From the NCBI GenBank assembly GCA_044360385.1, contig JBIKKK010000002.1, positions 1-46,909 of the forward strand: a stretch of 46,909 nucleotides of DNA, given 5' to 3'. A program made the translations under genes and the position numbers. The notes beneath the pieces are model-generated. The model was not told the DNA's origin. It was given only the letters and a program-made list of their open reading frames with translations, and searched no databases. Source of the DNA: Candidatus Nanopelagicales bacterium (GTDB lineage Bacteria; Actinomycetota; Actinomycetes; S36-B12). Positions within the stretch are counted from its first letter, which is position 1. Each line of letters starts with the position of its first letter. This document shows positions 36,860 to 46,909 of this stretch, in pieces.

Positions 36860-38619
36860 GCACTCACGAGGGCGACGAGGCGGTCGGCGATCTCACCGAC
36901 CGGCACATCCACGGAGTCGCCACTGGAGCGGTCGCGCAGCTCCACGAGGCCATCGGCAAGTCGTTTGCCCACGACGACGATGGTGGGCACGCCAATGAGC
37001 TCGGCGTCGTTGAACTTCACCCCGGGGGATACGCCGCGCCGGTCATCGAGGAGCACGCGCACACCGCGACCGGTGACCTCCTCGGCCAAGGCCTCAGCCG
37101 CCTCGAAGGGCGCGTCGTCCTTGCCCGTGGCCACCACGTGCACATCGGCCGGCGCCACGGCGCGCGGCCACACGAGCCCCTTGCCGTCATGGTGCTGCTC
37201 GGCAACGGCCGCCACCGCGCGTGACACACCCAGGCCGTAGGAACCCATCGTCACCGTGACCTGCTTGCCGTTCTCGTCGAGGACGGTGAGTCCGAGGGCA
37301 TCGGCGTACTTGCGGCCCAGCTGGAAGATGTGGCCGATCTCGATCCCGCGAGCGATCTCGATGTCGGCACCGCAACGAGGGCATGGATCGCCCTCGACGA
37401 TCTCCACCGCCTCGATCTCGCCATCGACATCGAAGTCGCGCCCGCGCACGAGCCCGTAGACGTGACGACCCTTGTCATTGGCACCGGTGATCCATGCCGT
37501 GCCCACCGCGACGCGGGGGTCGACGAGATAGCGCACATTGCCTTCGCCCCCGAGGGCTCCCGGGCCGATGTATCCCTTGACCAGCGCCGGGTACTTCGGG
37601 AAGTCAGCCTCCTCGAAGGGCCGCAGGGCGACCGGATGGAGTGCGGCCTCGAGTCGCTTGACGTCCACCTCGCGATCGCCGGGGACGCCGATGGCCAGGG
37701 GTGCGGAACTGCCATCGGGGTAGTCCGCCATGAAGACGACGTTCTTGAGGGTGTCTCCGGCCGTCCAGTCGCGATCCGGGTGGCGCAGGTCGGCACGCGC
37801 ATTGGACACGTCCACGAGGGTCGCGATCGTGGGGGTATCGGGCGTGTCGTGCACCTGCGCGGCCGGGAGCGCCGACGTGTCCGCAGCGGGAATGGGCGCG
37901 GTGACGAAGGCCTCGACATTGGCCGCATAGTCGCAGGCGGTGCAGCGGACATAGGTGTCCTCGCCCGAGTCAGTCGGCGCGAGGAACTCCTCACTCTGTG
38001 ACCCGCCCATGGCACCGGACTGGGCAGACACGATGACGAAGTCGAGACCGAGCCGTGCGAAGCACGAGATGTAGGCGTCGCGATGGCGAAGGTAGGAGCG
38101 CTCAAGTCCGGCGTCGTCGACGTCGAATGAGTAGGAATCCTTCATGACGAACTCGCGCCCGCGCAGGATGCCCGCACGCGGCCGCGCCTCGTCGCGGTAC
38201 TTCGTCTGGATTTGGTAGATCACGAGCGGCAGGTCCTTGTAGGACGAGTACTCGCCCTTGACCATGAGGGTGAACATCTCCTCATGCGTCGGCCCGAGGA
38301 GGTAGTCGCCACCCTTGCGGTCTTGAAGGCGGAAGAGATTGTCGCCGTACTCCTCCCACCGCTGGGTCCGCTCGTAGGGTTCGCGCGGTAGGAGCGCCGG
38401 GAAGTGCACCTCCTGGAAGCCCGCCAGATCCATCTCGTCGCGCACAATCGACTCGATATTGCGGTAGACGATGTAGCCGAGCGGCAGCCACGAGAAGACG
38501 CCCGGGGCAATCCGACGGACGTAGCCCGCGCGCACGAGGAGCCGATGGCTGGGCACCTCGGCGTCCGCGGGGTCATCGCGGAGCGTGCGCACGAAGAGCT
38601 GGGACATTCGCAGCAGCAC
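36856..38619 (-). CDS. proS: Proline--tRNA ligase (bacterial type with editing domain)
   Basis: [29 protein letters not shown], class II motifs (FRDE.RPR.G..RGREF). GTG 38619 lies 5 nt after AAGGGAG. The ORF-track GTG 38625 abuts the SD. Confidence 0.95.
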   Translation of the reverse strand: MLLRMSQLFVRTLRDDPADAEVPSHRLLVRAGYVRRIAPGVFSWLPLGYIVYRNIESIVRDEMDLAGFQEVHFPALLPREPYERTQRWEEYGDNLFRLQDRKGGDYLLGPTHEEMFTLMVKGEYSSYKDLPLVIYQIQTKYRDEARPRAGILRGREFVMKDSYSFDVDDAGLERSYLRHRDAYISCFARLGLDFVIVSAQSGAMGGSQSEEFLAPTDSGEDTYVRCTACDYAANVEAFVTAPIPAADTSALPAAQVHDTPDTPTIATLVDVSNARADLRHPDRDWTAGDTLKNVVFMADYPDGSSAPLAIGVPGDREVDVKRLEAALHPVALRPFEEADFPKYPALVKGYIGPGALGGEGNVRYLVDPRVAVGTAWITGANDKGRHVYGLVRGRDFDVDGEIEAVEIVEGDPCPRCGADIEIARGIEIGHIFQLGRKYADALGLTVLDENGKQVTVTMGSYGLGVSRAVAAVAEQHHDGKGLVWPRAVAPADVHVVATGKDDAPFEAAEALAEEVTGRGVRVLLDDRRGVSPGVKFNDAELIGVPTIVVVGKRLADGLVELRDRSSGDSVDVPVGEIADRLVALVSA

Positions 38620-38668
38620 GGGCACTCCCTTAAACGACGGTGCCCGAGGATACCGGGCCGGTCTCCCG

Positions 38669-39556
38669 CTAGAGGAGGACCGTGGCGAACTCTCCCGCTC
38701 CCCGGAAGCCCACCGCGTCGTAGCAGCGCCGGGCGACGGTGTTGTAGTCGTTGACGTAGAGGCTCACGATAGGCGCGACGCGCTGCCGGGCAATCTCTAC
38801 TACCGCGGCCATGCCCGGTGCACTCAGCCCCTCGCCGCGTCTCTCGGGAGCCACCCAGACTCCCTGCACCTGACATGCCCGAGCGGAGGCGGCACCGATC
38901 TCGGCCTTGAAGACCACGCGGCCATCCTCGATGCGGGCCACGGCGCGTCCCGCGCGCACGAGTTCTGCGACGCGAGCACGGTACGCCGCGCCTGCCCCTC
39001 CGGACACCGGCGAGATGCCGACCTCCTCCGTGAACATCGCGATGCAGGCGGGCACGAGGATGTCGACTTCGTCGGAGCGCACCAGCCTGACGTCGGGATC
39101 GGCGGGGATGCGCGGTGGTCGATCGATGGCGAGCAGTGGCTGTCGGGCGCGCACCTCGCGGGCCGGTCCCCAGGCGCCGTCGAGTCGACGCCACAGGTCG
39201 AGCACTTCCTCCGCCGGACCGACCAGGGATGATCCACGGCGACCCGACCGACGCAGCTTCTCCGCGAGTGCCGTCCGAGCCGCGTCATCCGTCGCGATGG
39301 GGACGACATTGGCCCCGATGTGCAGTGCGGCGACACAGCGACCGCGTCGTTCCACGACCCAGAAGTCAGCGGCGAGACGGCCGCGGCCCCAGCGATCCCC
39401 CGCGCGGGACTCGTCGAGGCGCGAGGCGACGAAGCAGTGGGCGATGGGGTCGGCTTCGAGGAGACGGTCCAGGTCGGGCAGGTCGGCGAACTCCAGTGGC
39501 CGGACGAGGCCGTCGCGCTCAGCGGACGGTGACGACGGGATCGCCGGAGCTGTCAT
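38669..39556 (-). CDS. GNAT acetyltransferase with DUF4081-type N-terminal domain
   Basis: C-terminal GNAT fold ([24 protein letters not shown]). Conserved position downstream of ispG in actinobacteria. ATG 39556 or GTG 39559 overlaps the ispG 3' end by 38-41 nt. Confidence 0.7.
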   Translation of the reverse strand: MTAPAIPSSPSAERDGLVRPLEFADLPDLDRLLEADPIAHCFVASRLDESRAGDRWGRGRLAADFWVVERRGRCVAALHIGANVVPIATDDAARTALAEKLRRSGRRGSSLVGPAEEVLDLWRRLDGAWGPAREVRARQPLLAIDRPPRIPADPDVRLVRSDEVDILVPACIAMFTEEVGISPVSGGAGAAYRARVAELVRAGRAVARIEDGRVVFKAEIGAASARACQVQGVWVAPERRGEGLSAPGMAAVVEIARQRVAPIVSLYVNDYNTVARRCYDAVGFRGAGEFATVLL

Positions 39557-40679
39557 CACCCATCTCCTCGGCCAGTTTCATTGCCTCCTCGATGAGCGTC
39601 TCGACGATCTGATGCTCGGGGACGGTCTTGATCACCTCGCCGCGCACGAAGATCTGGCCCTTGCCATTGCCGGAGGCGACACCGAGGTCGGCCTCCCGGG
39701 CCTCACCGGGTCCGTTGACCACGCAGCCCATGACCGCGACACGCAACGGCACCTCGAGGCCCTCAAGACCGGCGGTGACCTGCTCGGCCAGTGTGTAGAC
39801 GTCGACCTGCGCACGCCCGCAGGAGGGGCAGGACACGATCTCGAGACCGCGCTGCCGCAGGTTGAGCGACTCCAGGATCCCGATGCCGACCTTGACTTCC
39901 TCCACCGGTGGCGCCGAGAGGGAGACGCGGATGGTGTCGCCAATACCCTGCGAGAGCAGGGCGCCGAACGCGACGGCGGACTTGATCGTGCCCTGGAACG
40001 CAGGGCCAGCCTCGGTGACCCCGAGGTGCAAGGGATAGTCGCATTGGGCAGCGAGCAGACGGTAGGCCTGCACCATCACGACCGGGTCATGATGCTTCAC
40101 CGAGATCTTGATGTCGCCGAAGCCGTGCTCCTCGAAGAGCGACGCCTCCCACAGTGCCGACTCGACCAGTGCCTCGGGCGTCGCCTTGCCGTACTTCTCG
40201 AGCAGGCGCTTATCGAGCGACCCGGCGTTGACACCAATGCGGATCGGCGTGCCCGTGTCGTTGGCTGCCCGCGCGATCTCCTTGACCTTGTCGTCGAACT
40301 GCTTGATGTTGCCCGGGTTGACGCGCACGCCGGCGCAGCCCGCCTCGAGCGCCGCGAAGACGTACTTCGGCTGGAAGTGGATGTCGGCGACCACCGGGAT
40401 GCCCGACTTGCGTGCGATCTGGGGCAGAGCGTCGGCGTCGTCCTGACTGGGCACTGCCACGCGCACGATCTGGCACCCGGCGGCCGTCAGTTCGGCAATC
40501 TGCTGGAGGGTGGCATTGACATCCGACGTCAGCGTGGTCGTCATGGACTGGACGCTCACCGGCGCGTCGCCCCCGACCTTGACGGGGTGCGTGGGGTGAC
40601 GCAGCAGGAGCTGCCTGGTCACGCGGCGAGGCGCCAGGGTGGGCGGAGGCGCGGCAGGCAGTCCGAGGTCGATGCTCAC
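39519..40679 (-). CDS. ispG: 4-hydroxy-3-methylbut-2-en-1-yl diphosphate synthase (flavodoxin)
   Basis: [25 protein letters not shown]-like VNPGNI, SCPSCGR and GCVVNGPGE (Fe-S Cys ligands). Confidence 0.95.
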   Translation of the reverse strand: MSIDLGLPAAPPPTLAPRRVTRQLLLRHPTHPVKVGGDAPVSVQSMTTTLTSDVNATLQQIAELTAAGCQIVRVAVPSQDDADALPQIARKSGIPVVADIHFQPKYVFAALEAGCAGVRVNPGNIKQFDDKVKEIARAANDTGTPIRIGVNAGSLDKRLLEKYGKATPEALVESALWEASLFEEHGFGDIKISVKHHDPVVMVQAYRLLAAQCDYPLHLGVTEAGPAFQGTIKSAVAFGALLSQGIGDTIRVSLSAPPVEEVKVGIGILESLNLRQRGLEIVSCPSCGRAQVDVYTLAEQVTAGLEGLEVPLRVAVMGCVVNGPGEAREADLGVASGNGKGQIFVRGEVIKTVPEHQIVETLIEEAMKLAEEMGDDSSGDPVVTVR

Positions 40680-40721
40680 CCCGCCAGTATCCCCGACTCT
40701 GGCGCTGGCGACATCCCGGCG

Positions 40722-40790
40722 TCAGCCCAGGGTGATGCGTCAGCCCAGGGTGATGCGTCAGCCCAGGGTGATGCGTCAGCCCAGGGTGAT
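40722..40790. repeat. 18-bp tandem repeat (3.8 copies) duplicating the last five codons plus stop of the M50 protease gene
   Basis: TCAGCCCAGGGTGATGCG starts at 40722, 40740 and 40758. TCAGCCCAGGGTGAT starts at 40776. On the minus strand this reads ...ATCACCCTGGGCTGA (ITLG-stop) four times, in frame. Confidence 0.92.
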
Positions 40791-42095
40791 CGGCTTGACC
40801 AGGTCGGCGAAGATCACGATCGCGCCCACCACGACCAGCGCTACCGCGACCACGTAGGCGACCGGAAGCAGCCGAGCCACATCGACCGGCCCGGGGTCCG
40901 GCTTGCGGCGCACGCGGGCCCACTGGCGGCGGGAGCCCTCGTAGAGCGCTCCGGCGACGTGGCCGCCATCGAGGGGCAGGATCGGCAGCAGATTGAAGAG
41001 GAAGAGGAAGAGATTGAGTGATGCGGCGAGGCCGAGGAACATCGCGAGCTTGGCCTCGACCGGCTCTTCCGACGCGACGACTTCACCGCCGAGGCGGCTG
41101 ACACCTACAACGCTCACCGGGCTGTCGATCTGGCGCTCTCCTCCGCCGACGAGAGTCTCCGTGACGAGCTCGTAGACGCGCACCGGCAGAGACACGAGGG
41201 CCACGGCGGATCTCGCGGTGAGGTCCCACATCTGCGCGGGGACTGCCGACCACGGCTGGGCGACGTACTCGATCTCGGGACGCACTCCGAGGAAGCCGGT
41301 CGTCTGGGTGGCACCGGTGGGATTGCCGGCATCGTCGTAGACCGGGCGCGTGACCTCGACGGTGCTCACCGGGAGATCCACGGTGGTGCCATCGGCGCGC
41401 TGGACGGTGAGCACGCCGTCGGCGGCCCCCTCCTCCCGAATCTGCTGGGTGAGCTCATCCCAGGACGCCGGGGCGGTGCCGTTGTACGCCGTGATGAGGT
41501 CGCCCGTCTGCAGCCCGGCCAATGCCGCCGGGGACGCCCCGGTCGGGCACTCCCCCGCCGCGTCGGGCTGGCCCGAGGGGACCTCCACGGTGGGCAGGCA
41601 CGGCACGACAGCCGAGACAGCAAGGCTCGGTTGCGGCACGCCGATGCCCACGAGCACCGCGGCGAAGAGGAAGAAGGCGAGCAGGAGATTCATCACCGGT
41701 CCGCCAAGCATGATGATCACGCGCTTGTGCACCGGGAGTTTGTAGAAGACGCGATCCTCGTCGCCGGGCGCGATCTCCTCGAGGGACTGACGGCGCGCAT
41801 CCTCGACCATCAGCGCCAAGCGCCCGGTGGACATGGAGCGGGCCGTGCCCTCGGGCGCACCCTTGGGCGGCGGGAGCATGCCAACCATGCGGATGTAGCC
41901 CCCGACCGGGATCCCCTTGATGCCGTACGACGTCTCGCCCTTGCGCTTGGACCACACGGTCGGGCCGAAGCCGACCATGTACTCCGTGACCTTGACCCCG
42001 AACTTCTTGGCGGGGACGAGGTGGCCAAGCTCATGCAGGGCGATGGAGGCGAGGATGAGCAAGAAGAACGCGACGATGCCGACGATCTCCCACAT
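40776..42095 (-). CDS. M50 family site-2 zinc metalloprotease with PDZ domain (RseP/Rip1-like)
   Basis: HELGH zinc motif in TM1, a PDZ-like segment (AALAGLQTGDLITAYNG) and NLLPILPLDGGH (LDG motif). Confidence 0.9.
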   Translation of the reverse strand: MWEIVGIVAFFLLILASIALHELGHLVPAKKFGVKVTEYMVGFGPTVWSKRKGETSYGIKGIPVGGYIRMVGMLPPPKGAPEGTARSMSTGRLALMVEDARRQSLEEIAPGDEDRVFYKLPVHKRVIIMLGGPVMNLLLAFFLFAAVLVGIGVPQPSLAVSAVVPCLPTVEVPSGQPDAAGECPTGASPAALAGLQTGDLITAYNGTAPASWDELTQQIREEGAADGVLTVQRADGTTVDLPVSTVEVTRPVYDDAGNPTGATQTTGFLGVRPEIEYVAQPWSAVPAQMWDLTARSAVALVSLPVRVYELVTETLVGGGERQIDSPVSVVGVSRLGGEVVASEEPVEAKLAMFLGLAASLNLFLFLFNLLPILPLDGGHVAGALYEGSRRQWARVRRKPDPGPVDVARLLPVAYVVAVALVVVGAIVIFADLVKPITLG

Positions 42096-42126
42096 GTGCG
42101 TTCCTCCTCCCTGCTGATCTCCCGCC

Positions 42127-43266
42127 TCAGCGAGACGCGATCATGTCCTCGGCGCGACCGCGCGCCCAGGCATCAGCTCCGAGCACATCGTCGAGAGTGA
42201 GGACGCCTTCGACCCTGCCCGGGTTCCCATCGTCCTCCCTTCCCGTGCCCGATGCGCGCCCAAGGTGCTCGTCGAGCACGGCGGAGACGACCTCGACGAT
42301 CCCCGGGTAGGGCAGGATCCCCTCGAGGAAGGCCGCGACGCAGACCTCATCGGCCGCGTTGAATACGGCGGGAGCGGTGCCCCCGGCCGCGCCGGCGCGC
42401 CGGGCGACGCCCACGGCTGGGAAGGCCTCGTGATCGACGGGCAGGAACTCCCACGTGGCCGCTTCGGACCAATCACAGCCCGGTGCGGCATCGGCGACGC
42501 GCTGCGGCCAGCCCAGAGCCCACGCGATGGGCAGGCGCATGTCCGGGGGGCTGGCCTGGGCCATGGTGGACCCGTCGACGAACTCCACCATCGAGTGCAC
42601 CACCGACTGCGGATGGACCACTACGTCGATCCTCTCGAAGGGGATGTCAAAGAGCAGGTGCGCCTCGATGACCTCGAGTCCCTTGTTGACGAGGGTCGAA
42701 GAGTTGACGGTGACCAGCGGGCCCATGCTCCAGGTAGGATGCGCGAGCGCTTGCGCGGGAGTCACCGCGGCGAGCTGCTCCCGTGACCAGCCGCGGAAGG
42801 GCCCACCGCTCGCGGTGAGGATGAGTCGCGACACCTCGGCATGACTGCCGGACATCAGGCACTGCGCCAATGCGGAGTGCTCGGAGTCGACCGGACGAAT
42901 CTGTCCCGGTCGCGCACGATCGCGCACGAGCGGGCCGCCGATGATGAGCGATTCCTTATTGGCGAGCGCGAGCGCGCTGCCCGCCTCCAGGGCGCGCAGG
43001 GTGGGCAGGAGTCCGGCGGCGCCCGCCAGACCGTTGAGGACGACATCGCAGGGCTGACCGGCAAGGTCGGCCGACTCGACCTCGCCCACGGCCACCTCGG
43101 TCACCCCGTGACGGCGGGCCTGCTCCGCCAGGAGGTCCGGCTGGCCCCCTCCTGCCGAGAGGCCGGTCACGCGGAAGCGCTCGGGATTGCGCTCGATCAC
43201 GTCGAGGGCCTGGCGCCCGATCGAGCCCGTGCTGCCGAGGATGATCACATCTCGTCTCTCGGCCAC
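42127..43266 (-). CDS. dxr: 1-deoxy-D-xylulose 5-phosphate reductoisomerase
   Basis: [49 protein letters not shown]: the full DXR motif set. GTG start at 43266. Confidence 0.95.
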   Translation of the reverse strand: MAERRDVIILGSTGSIGRQALDVIERNPERFRVTGLSAGGGQPDLLAEQARRHGVTEVAVGEVESADLAGQPCDVVLNGLAGAAGLLPTLRALEAGSALALANKESLIIGGPLVRDRARPGQIRPVDSEHSALAQCLMSGSHAEVSRLILTASGGPFRGWSREQLAAVTPAQALAHPTWSMGPLVTVNSSTLVNKGLEVIEAHLLFDIPFERIDVVVHPQSVVHSMVEFVDGSTMAQASPPDMRLPIAWALGWPQRVADAAPGCDWSEAATWEFLPVDHEAFPAVGVARRAGAAGGTAPAVFNAADEVCVAAFLEGILPYPGIVEVVSAVLDEHLGRASGTGREDDGNPGRVEGVLTLDDVLGADAWARGRAEDMIASR

Positions 43267-43292
43267 GACCTGATTGTCCTACGCTCATCCCT

Positions 43293-44636
43293 ATGACCGA
43301 CACCCTGCTTCCCCCCGTGACCGATATCCCCCAGGAGAGGCGGCTCGTGACCGAGCTCCCGGGCCCGCGCTCACGCGCCCTGATGGAGCGGCGTACCGCG
43401 GCCGTGTCGGCTGGCGTCGGCGGCACCATGCCCGTCTTCGTCGAGCGCGCCGGTGGCGGAGTGATCGTCGATGTCGACGGCAACTCCCTCATCGACCTCG
43501 GCTCGGGCATCGCCGTCACCACGGTCGGCAACTCCCATCCGCGGGTTGTCGAGCGCGTGCAGAGCCAGGTCGCCGACTTCACTCACACGTGTTTCATGGT
43601 CACGCCCTACTCCGGCTACGTCGAGGTGTGCGAGGCGCTCAACCGCCTCACCCCCGGCGATAACGCGAAGCGTTCGGCCCTCTTCAACTCAGGTGCTGAG
43701 GCCGTCGAGAACGCCGTCAAGATCGCGCGCGCGTACACCAAGCGCCAGGCCGTCGTCGTCTTCGATCACGGCTACCACGGCCGCACCAACCTCACGATGG
43801 CGCTGACCGCCAAGAACATGCCCTACAAGCAGTCCTTCGGTCCCTTTGCCTCCGAGGTCTACCGGATGCCGATGTCCTATCCCTTCCGCGACGGCCCGCA
43901 CACCGGTGCCGAGGTGGCCTCGTGGGCGACGACCAAAATGGAGAAGGAGATCGGCGGGGCCAATATCGCCGCCATCATCATCGAGCCCATCCAGGGCGAG
44001 GGTGGCTTCATCGTCCCCGCGCCCGGATTCCTTCCGGCCCTCAAGGCCTACGCCGAGCAGCACGGCATCGTCTTCGTCGCCGACGAGATCCAGTCGGGCT
44101 TCTGCCGCACCGGCCAGTGGTTCGCCAGTGAGCACGAGGGCGTCGTCCCCGACCTCATCACCACGGCCAAGGGCATTGCCGGCGGACTGCCCCTCGCGGG
44201 CGTCACCGGACGCGCCGAGATCATGGACGCCGTGCATGTGGGCGGACTCGGCGGCACCTACGGCGGCAACCCCATCGCCTGCGCCGCCGCCCTGGGCTCG
44301 ATCGAGGCCATGGAGGAGGAGGACCTCAACTCCCGCGCCCTCGTCGTCGAGGCGATCATGCGCGAGCGCCTCGAGGCCCTCCAGGCCGCGCACCCCGAGG
44401 TCGGTGACATCCGTGGCCGCGGCGCGATGATCGCGATCGAGTTGGTCAAGCCGGGCACCATGGATCCGGATCCCGAGCTCGCTGGCCGCGTGTCGAAGGC
44501 CGCGCACGCGCAGGGCGTGGTGACCCTCACCTGCGGCACCTACGGCAACGTGCTGCGCTTCCTTCCGCCGCTCACCATCCCCGATGACCTGCTGCGCGAG
44601 GGCCTCGACATCGTCGCCGCCGCCTTCGACAACTGA
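43293..44636 (+). CDS. gabT: 4-aminobutyrate--2-oxoglutarate transaminase (class III PLP aminotransferase)
   Basis: [61 protein letters not shown] (PLP Lys). Confidence 0.9.
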   Translation: MTDTLLPPVTDIPQERRLVTELPGPRSRALMERRTAAVSAGVGGTMPVFVERAGGGVIVDVDGNSLIDLGSGIAVTTVGNSHPRVVERVQSQVADFTHTCFMVTPYSGYVEVCEALNRLTPGDNAKRSALFNSGAEAVENAVKIARAYTKRQAVVVFDHGYHGRTNLTMALTAKNMPYKQSFGPFASEVYRMPMSYPFRDGPHTGAEVASWATTKMEKEIGGANIAAIIIEPIQGEGGFIVPAPGFLPALKAYAEQHGIVFVADEIQSGFCRTGQWFASEHEGVVPDLITTAKGIAGGLPLAGVTGRAEIMDAVHVGGLGGTYGGNPIACAAALGSIEAMEEEDLNSRALVVEAIMRERLEALQAAHPEVGDIRGRGAMIAIELVKPGTMDPDPELAGRVSKAAHAQGVVTLTCGTYGNVLRFLPPLTIPDDLLREGLDIVAAAFDN

Positions 44637-44645
44637 GTCTTCGCC

Positions 44646-46064
44646 GTGACCGCGTCGGCCAACGATGCCGGCTCGGCATCAAGGTCGATGATCACCGAGG
44701 AGGAACACGCCGCCCTAGGCGCGCGGGCGCGTGCCCAGGTGCCCCCTGAGGCACTTGGCGAGTACTCCCCGGCGCCCAACCGCCCCGACACCGTTGCGCT
44801 GCTCGAGAGCCAGTCGGCATCCCGCATCCCAGAGCTTGTGCCCGTGCGGTACGGCCGAATGCTGGTCTCTCCCTTCACCTTCTTCCGCGGCGCCGCGCTG
44901 CCCATGGCCAGCGACCTTTCTCAGCAGGTGCGCTCCCCCCTCCAGGTCCAACTGTGCGGCGACGCCCACCTGTCCAACTTCGGTGGCTTCGCGAGCCCAG
45001 AGCGCCACCTCGTCTTCGACATCAACGACTTCGATGAGACGCATCCGGGGCCCTTTGAGTGGGACGTCAAGAGACTCATCACGAGCATGGAGGTGGCCGC
45101 CCTCGACCGCGGCTTCACCAAGAAGCAGCGCACTGCCGTTCTGGACCAGACTCTCCTCGGTTACCGGGAGGCCATGCAGTCCTTCGCGAGCCGGGCCAAC
45201 CTCGACGTCTGGTACGCCATGTTCGACATTGACGCGATTGTCGAGGCGGTGCTCCCCCGTCTGGACAAGAAGCGCAGGAAATCCTCGACCAAGGGCCTCA
45301 GCAAGGCTCGCACCCGCACGTCGCTGCAGGCAGCAGACAAGCTCACCCGCGTGGTCAACGGCCGGCGGCAGTTCATCGACGACCCACCGGTTATCCAACG
45401 GGCCGAAACGCTCATGACGCATGCCAGCCCTTCCGCGCATGACGCCGCAGAGAGCGTCCCCGACGCTTGGAAGTCGTACGTCGCGAGCCTGCTTCCCGAT
45501 CGCCGTCACCTCCTTTCGCAGTACAACTACGTGGATCTCGCACGCAAGGTGGTGGGCGTCGGCAGCGTCGGCACGGGCGCCTGGGTCATACTCCTGCAGG
45601 GAAGGGACCCATCCGACCTCCTCATCCTGCAGGTCAAGCAGGCGACGGCATCGGTACTCGAGCCCTACACCCAACCGAGTCTCTACGACGAGCACAGCGA
45701 GCGCGTGGTCCAGGGCCAGCGCATCCTGCAGACCGCTAGCGACATCTTCCTCGGCTGGAGCAACCTCGCAGGCGAGAGCTACTACGTGCGGCAGTTGCGG
45801 GACTGGAAAGCGTCTGTGGACGTGGACTCCCTCGATGCCGTTGGCCTCGGGCTGTACGGGCGCCTCTGTGGCGCGACGCTCGCCAAGGGCCATGCCCGCT
45901 CCGGAGACCGAATTGCCATCGCGACCTATATCGGTGATGTCGGTGCCTTCGACGACGCGATGAGATCCTTCGCACGGGCCTACGCCGAGCAGAATGCCGC
46001 GGACTACGCCGACCTCAAGGCCGCCGCGGACGCCGGGACGATCCCGGTCACCTACGGCGCCTAA
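44646..46064 (+). CDS. DUF2252 domain-containing protein
   Basis: RIPELVPVRYGRMLVSPFTFFRGAA, CGDAHLSNFG, FDINDFDET, WDVKRL: characteristic DUF2252 blocks. Confidence 0.8.
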   Translation: MTASANDAGSASRSMITEEEHAALGARARAQVPPEALGEYSPAPNRPDTVALLESQSASRIPELVPVRYGRMLVSPFTFFRGAALPMASDLSQQVRSPLQVQLCGDAHLSNFGGFASPERHLVFDINDFDETHPGPFEWDVKRLITSMEVAALDRGFTKKQRTAVLDQTLLGYREAMQSFASRANLDVWYAMFDIDAIVEAVLPRLDKKRRKSSTKGLSKARTRTSLQAADKLTRVVNGRRQFIDDPPVIQRAETLMTHASPSAHDAAESVPDAWKSYVASLLPDRRHLLSQYNYVDLARKVVGVGSVGTGAWVILLQGRDPSDLLILQVKQATASVLEPYTQPSLYDEHSERVVQGQRILQTASDIFLGWSNLAGESYYVRQLRDWKASVDVDSLDAVGLGLYGRLCGATLAKGHARSGDRIAIATYIGDVGAFDDAMRSFARAYAEQNAADYADLKAAADAGTIPVTYGA

Positions 46065-46071
46065 TGAAGGG

Positions 46072-46909
46072 CTATCCCCCCTCGCGCAGACCCCATGACT
46101 GGCCGTAGCCCTCGCTCATGAGGTCGAGGTAGGGCACCGCGTCGAAGGCCTCCGGCCCGAGCACTCCCGCGCCTGCCCACGTGCCCGCCGACAGCAATTC
46201 CAGCGCGATGACAGGGTTCATCGCTGTCTGCCAGGTCACCGCCTGGGTGCCGTACTCGCGCATAGTCCACTCGTTGTCGGCGACGTGGTAGAGGTAGACC
46301 TCGCGAGGCTGGCCGTCCTTGCCCGTCCCCGTGACCCAGGTGCCCGCGCACGTCTTGCCCGACATTTTGTCCCCGAGGCCCGCCGGATCGGGCAGGCAGG
46401 CGGCGACCACATCGCGCGGGCTCACCCGACCGCCGCGGACATCGACGGGGTCGGTGCTGTCCAGGCCCAGCTTGTGCAGGGTCTTGAGCACCTCGATGAA
46501 CTCGTCGCCGATCCCATACTTGAAGGTCACGCGCTCGCAGTCGATCCAGCGCGGCACGAGGAGGACCTCCTCATGCTCGACATTGACGCATTCGACCGGG
46601 CCGATCCCCTCGGGGAAGTCGAAGATCTCCGGCTCAGAGAAGGGCGCCGTGGTGAACCAGCCGCGATCGCGCTCCCAGATCACCGGCGGGTTGAGGCACT
46701 CCTCGATGGTCGTCCAGATGGAGAAGCTCGGCGCGAAGTCATAGCCCGCGACGAGCAGGTTGGCGCCGTCGCGGATGCCTATTTCCTCGATCCGGTCGAA
46801 GAGGTGATCGGCCGCATAGCGCGCGAAGACATCAGCCAGGCCCGGCTCGACGCCGATGCCGCACAGGGCGAGGAGTCCGCGCTCGGCCCAGGCGTCCGAC
46901 TTGTCGAAC
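46072..46909 (-). CDS. Saccharopine dehydrogenase-like oxidoreductase, partial; N-terminus lies beyond the window end
   Basis: The frame is open to position 46909 upstream of ORF-track entry 46072-46683. It reads FDKSDAWAERGLLALCGIGVEPGLADVFARYAADHLFD...FSIWTTIEECLNPP...YGTQAVTWQTAMNPVIALELL (Sacchrp_dh C-terminal domain pattern). Confidence 0.8.
   Translation of the reverse strand, partial: FDKSDAWAERGLLALCGIGVEPGLADVFARYAADHLFDRIEEIGIRDGANLLVAGYDFAPSFSIWTTIEECLNPPVIWERDRGWFTTAPFSEPEIFDFPEGIGPVECVNVEHEEVLLVPRWIDCERVTFKYGIGDEFIEVLKTLHKLGLDSTDPVDVRGGRVSPRDVVAACLPDPAGLGDKMSGKTCAGTWVTGTGKDGQPREVYLYHVADNEWTMREYGTQAVTWQTAMNPVIALELLSAGTWAGAGVLGPEAFDAVPYLDLMSEGYGQSWGLREGG

Noticed and set aside
38907-41021. 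704-aa plus-strand ORF containing a SAQGDA x4 repeat
   Set aside because: It is antisense to the GNAT, ispG and M50 genes, all of which have strong family motifs. The peptide repeat is simply the 18-bp intergenic tandem repeat read on the wrong strand.

Overview
Very GC-rich, actinobacterial-type chromosomal segment. It is almost fully coding: about 45 genes, with a largest non-coding gap of about 300 bp. The backbone is a conserved housekeeping neighbourhood: rnj-dapA-thyX, glpD, azlCD, dapB, M16 peptidase-pnp-rpsO-ribF, truB-rbfA-DUF503-infB-ylxR-nusA-rimP, proS, ispG-M50 protease-dxr and gabT. Many stop/start overlaps suggest translational coupling. I saw no rRNA, tRNA, CRISPR array, transposase or integrase. 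Many long ORF-track entries are antisense or 5'-extended artefacts of the high GC content, so I trimmed starts using SD-like sequences and neighbouring genes. Two genes run off the window edges and are missing from the ORF track: RNase J at the 5' edge and a saccharopine-dehydrogenase-like gene at the 3' edge. The only accessory block is a ~13 kb cell-envelope glycopolymer locus (14857-27775) between ribF and truB. It holds two PAPS-type sulfotransferase-like proteins, three GT-B glycosyltransferases (one with two GT modules), a Wzm/Wzt-like ABC exporter, a UDP-GlcNAc 2-epimerase, an NDP-N-acetylhexosamine 6-dehydrogenase and a 511-aa orphan protein. I read it as an ABC-transporter-dependent, teichuronic-acid-like and possibly sulfated polymer pathway. 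It is the best candidate here for an undescribed system. Smaller oddities follow. Three minus-strand genes (rpsO, a GT4, the M50 protease) have their last codons plus the stop codon repeated in tandem just downstream. For rpsO the repeats are three perfect 21-nt hairpins. The ABC-2 permease has no canonical start codon for its conserved N-terminus. Palindromic or shared promoter-like elements sit at three divergent gene pairs.
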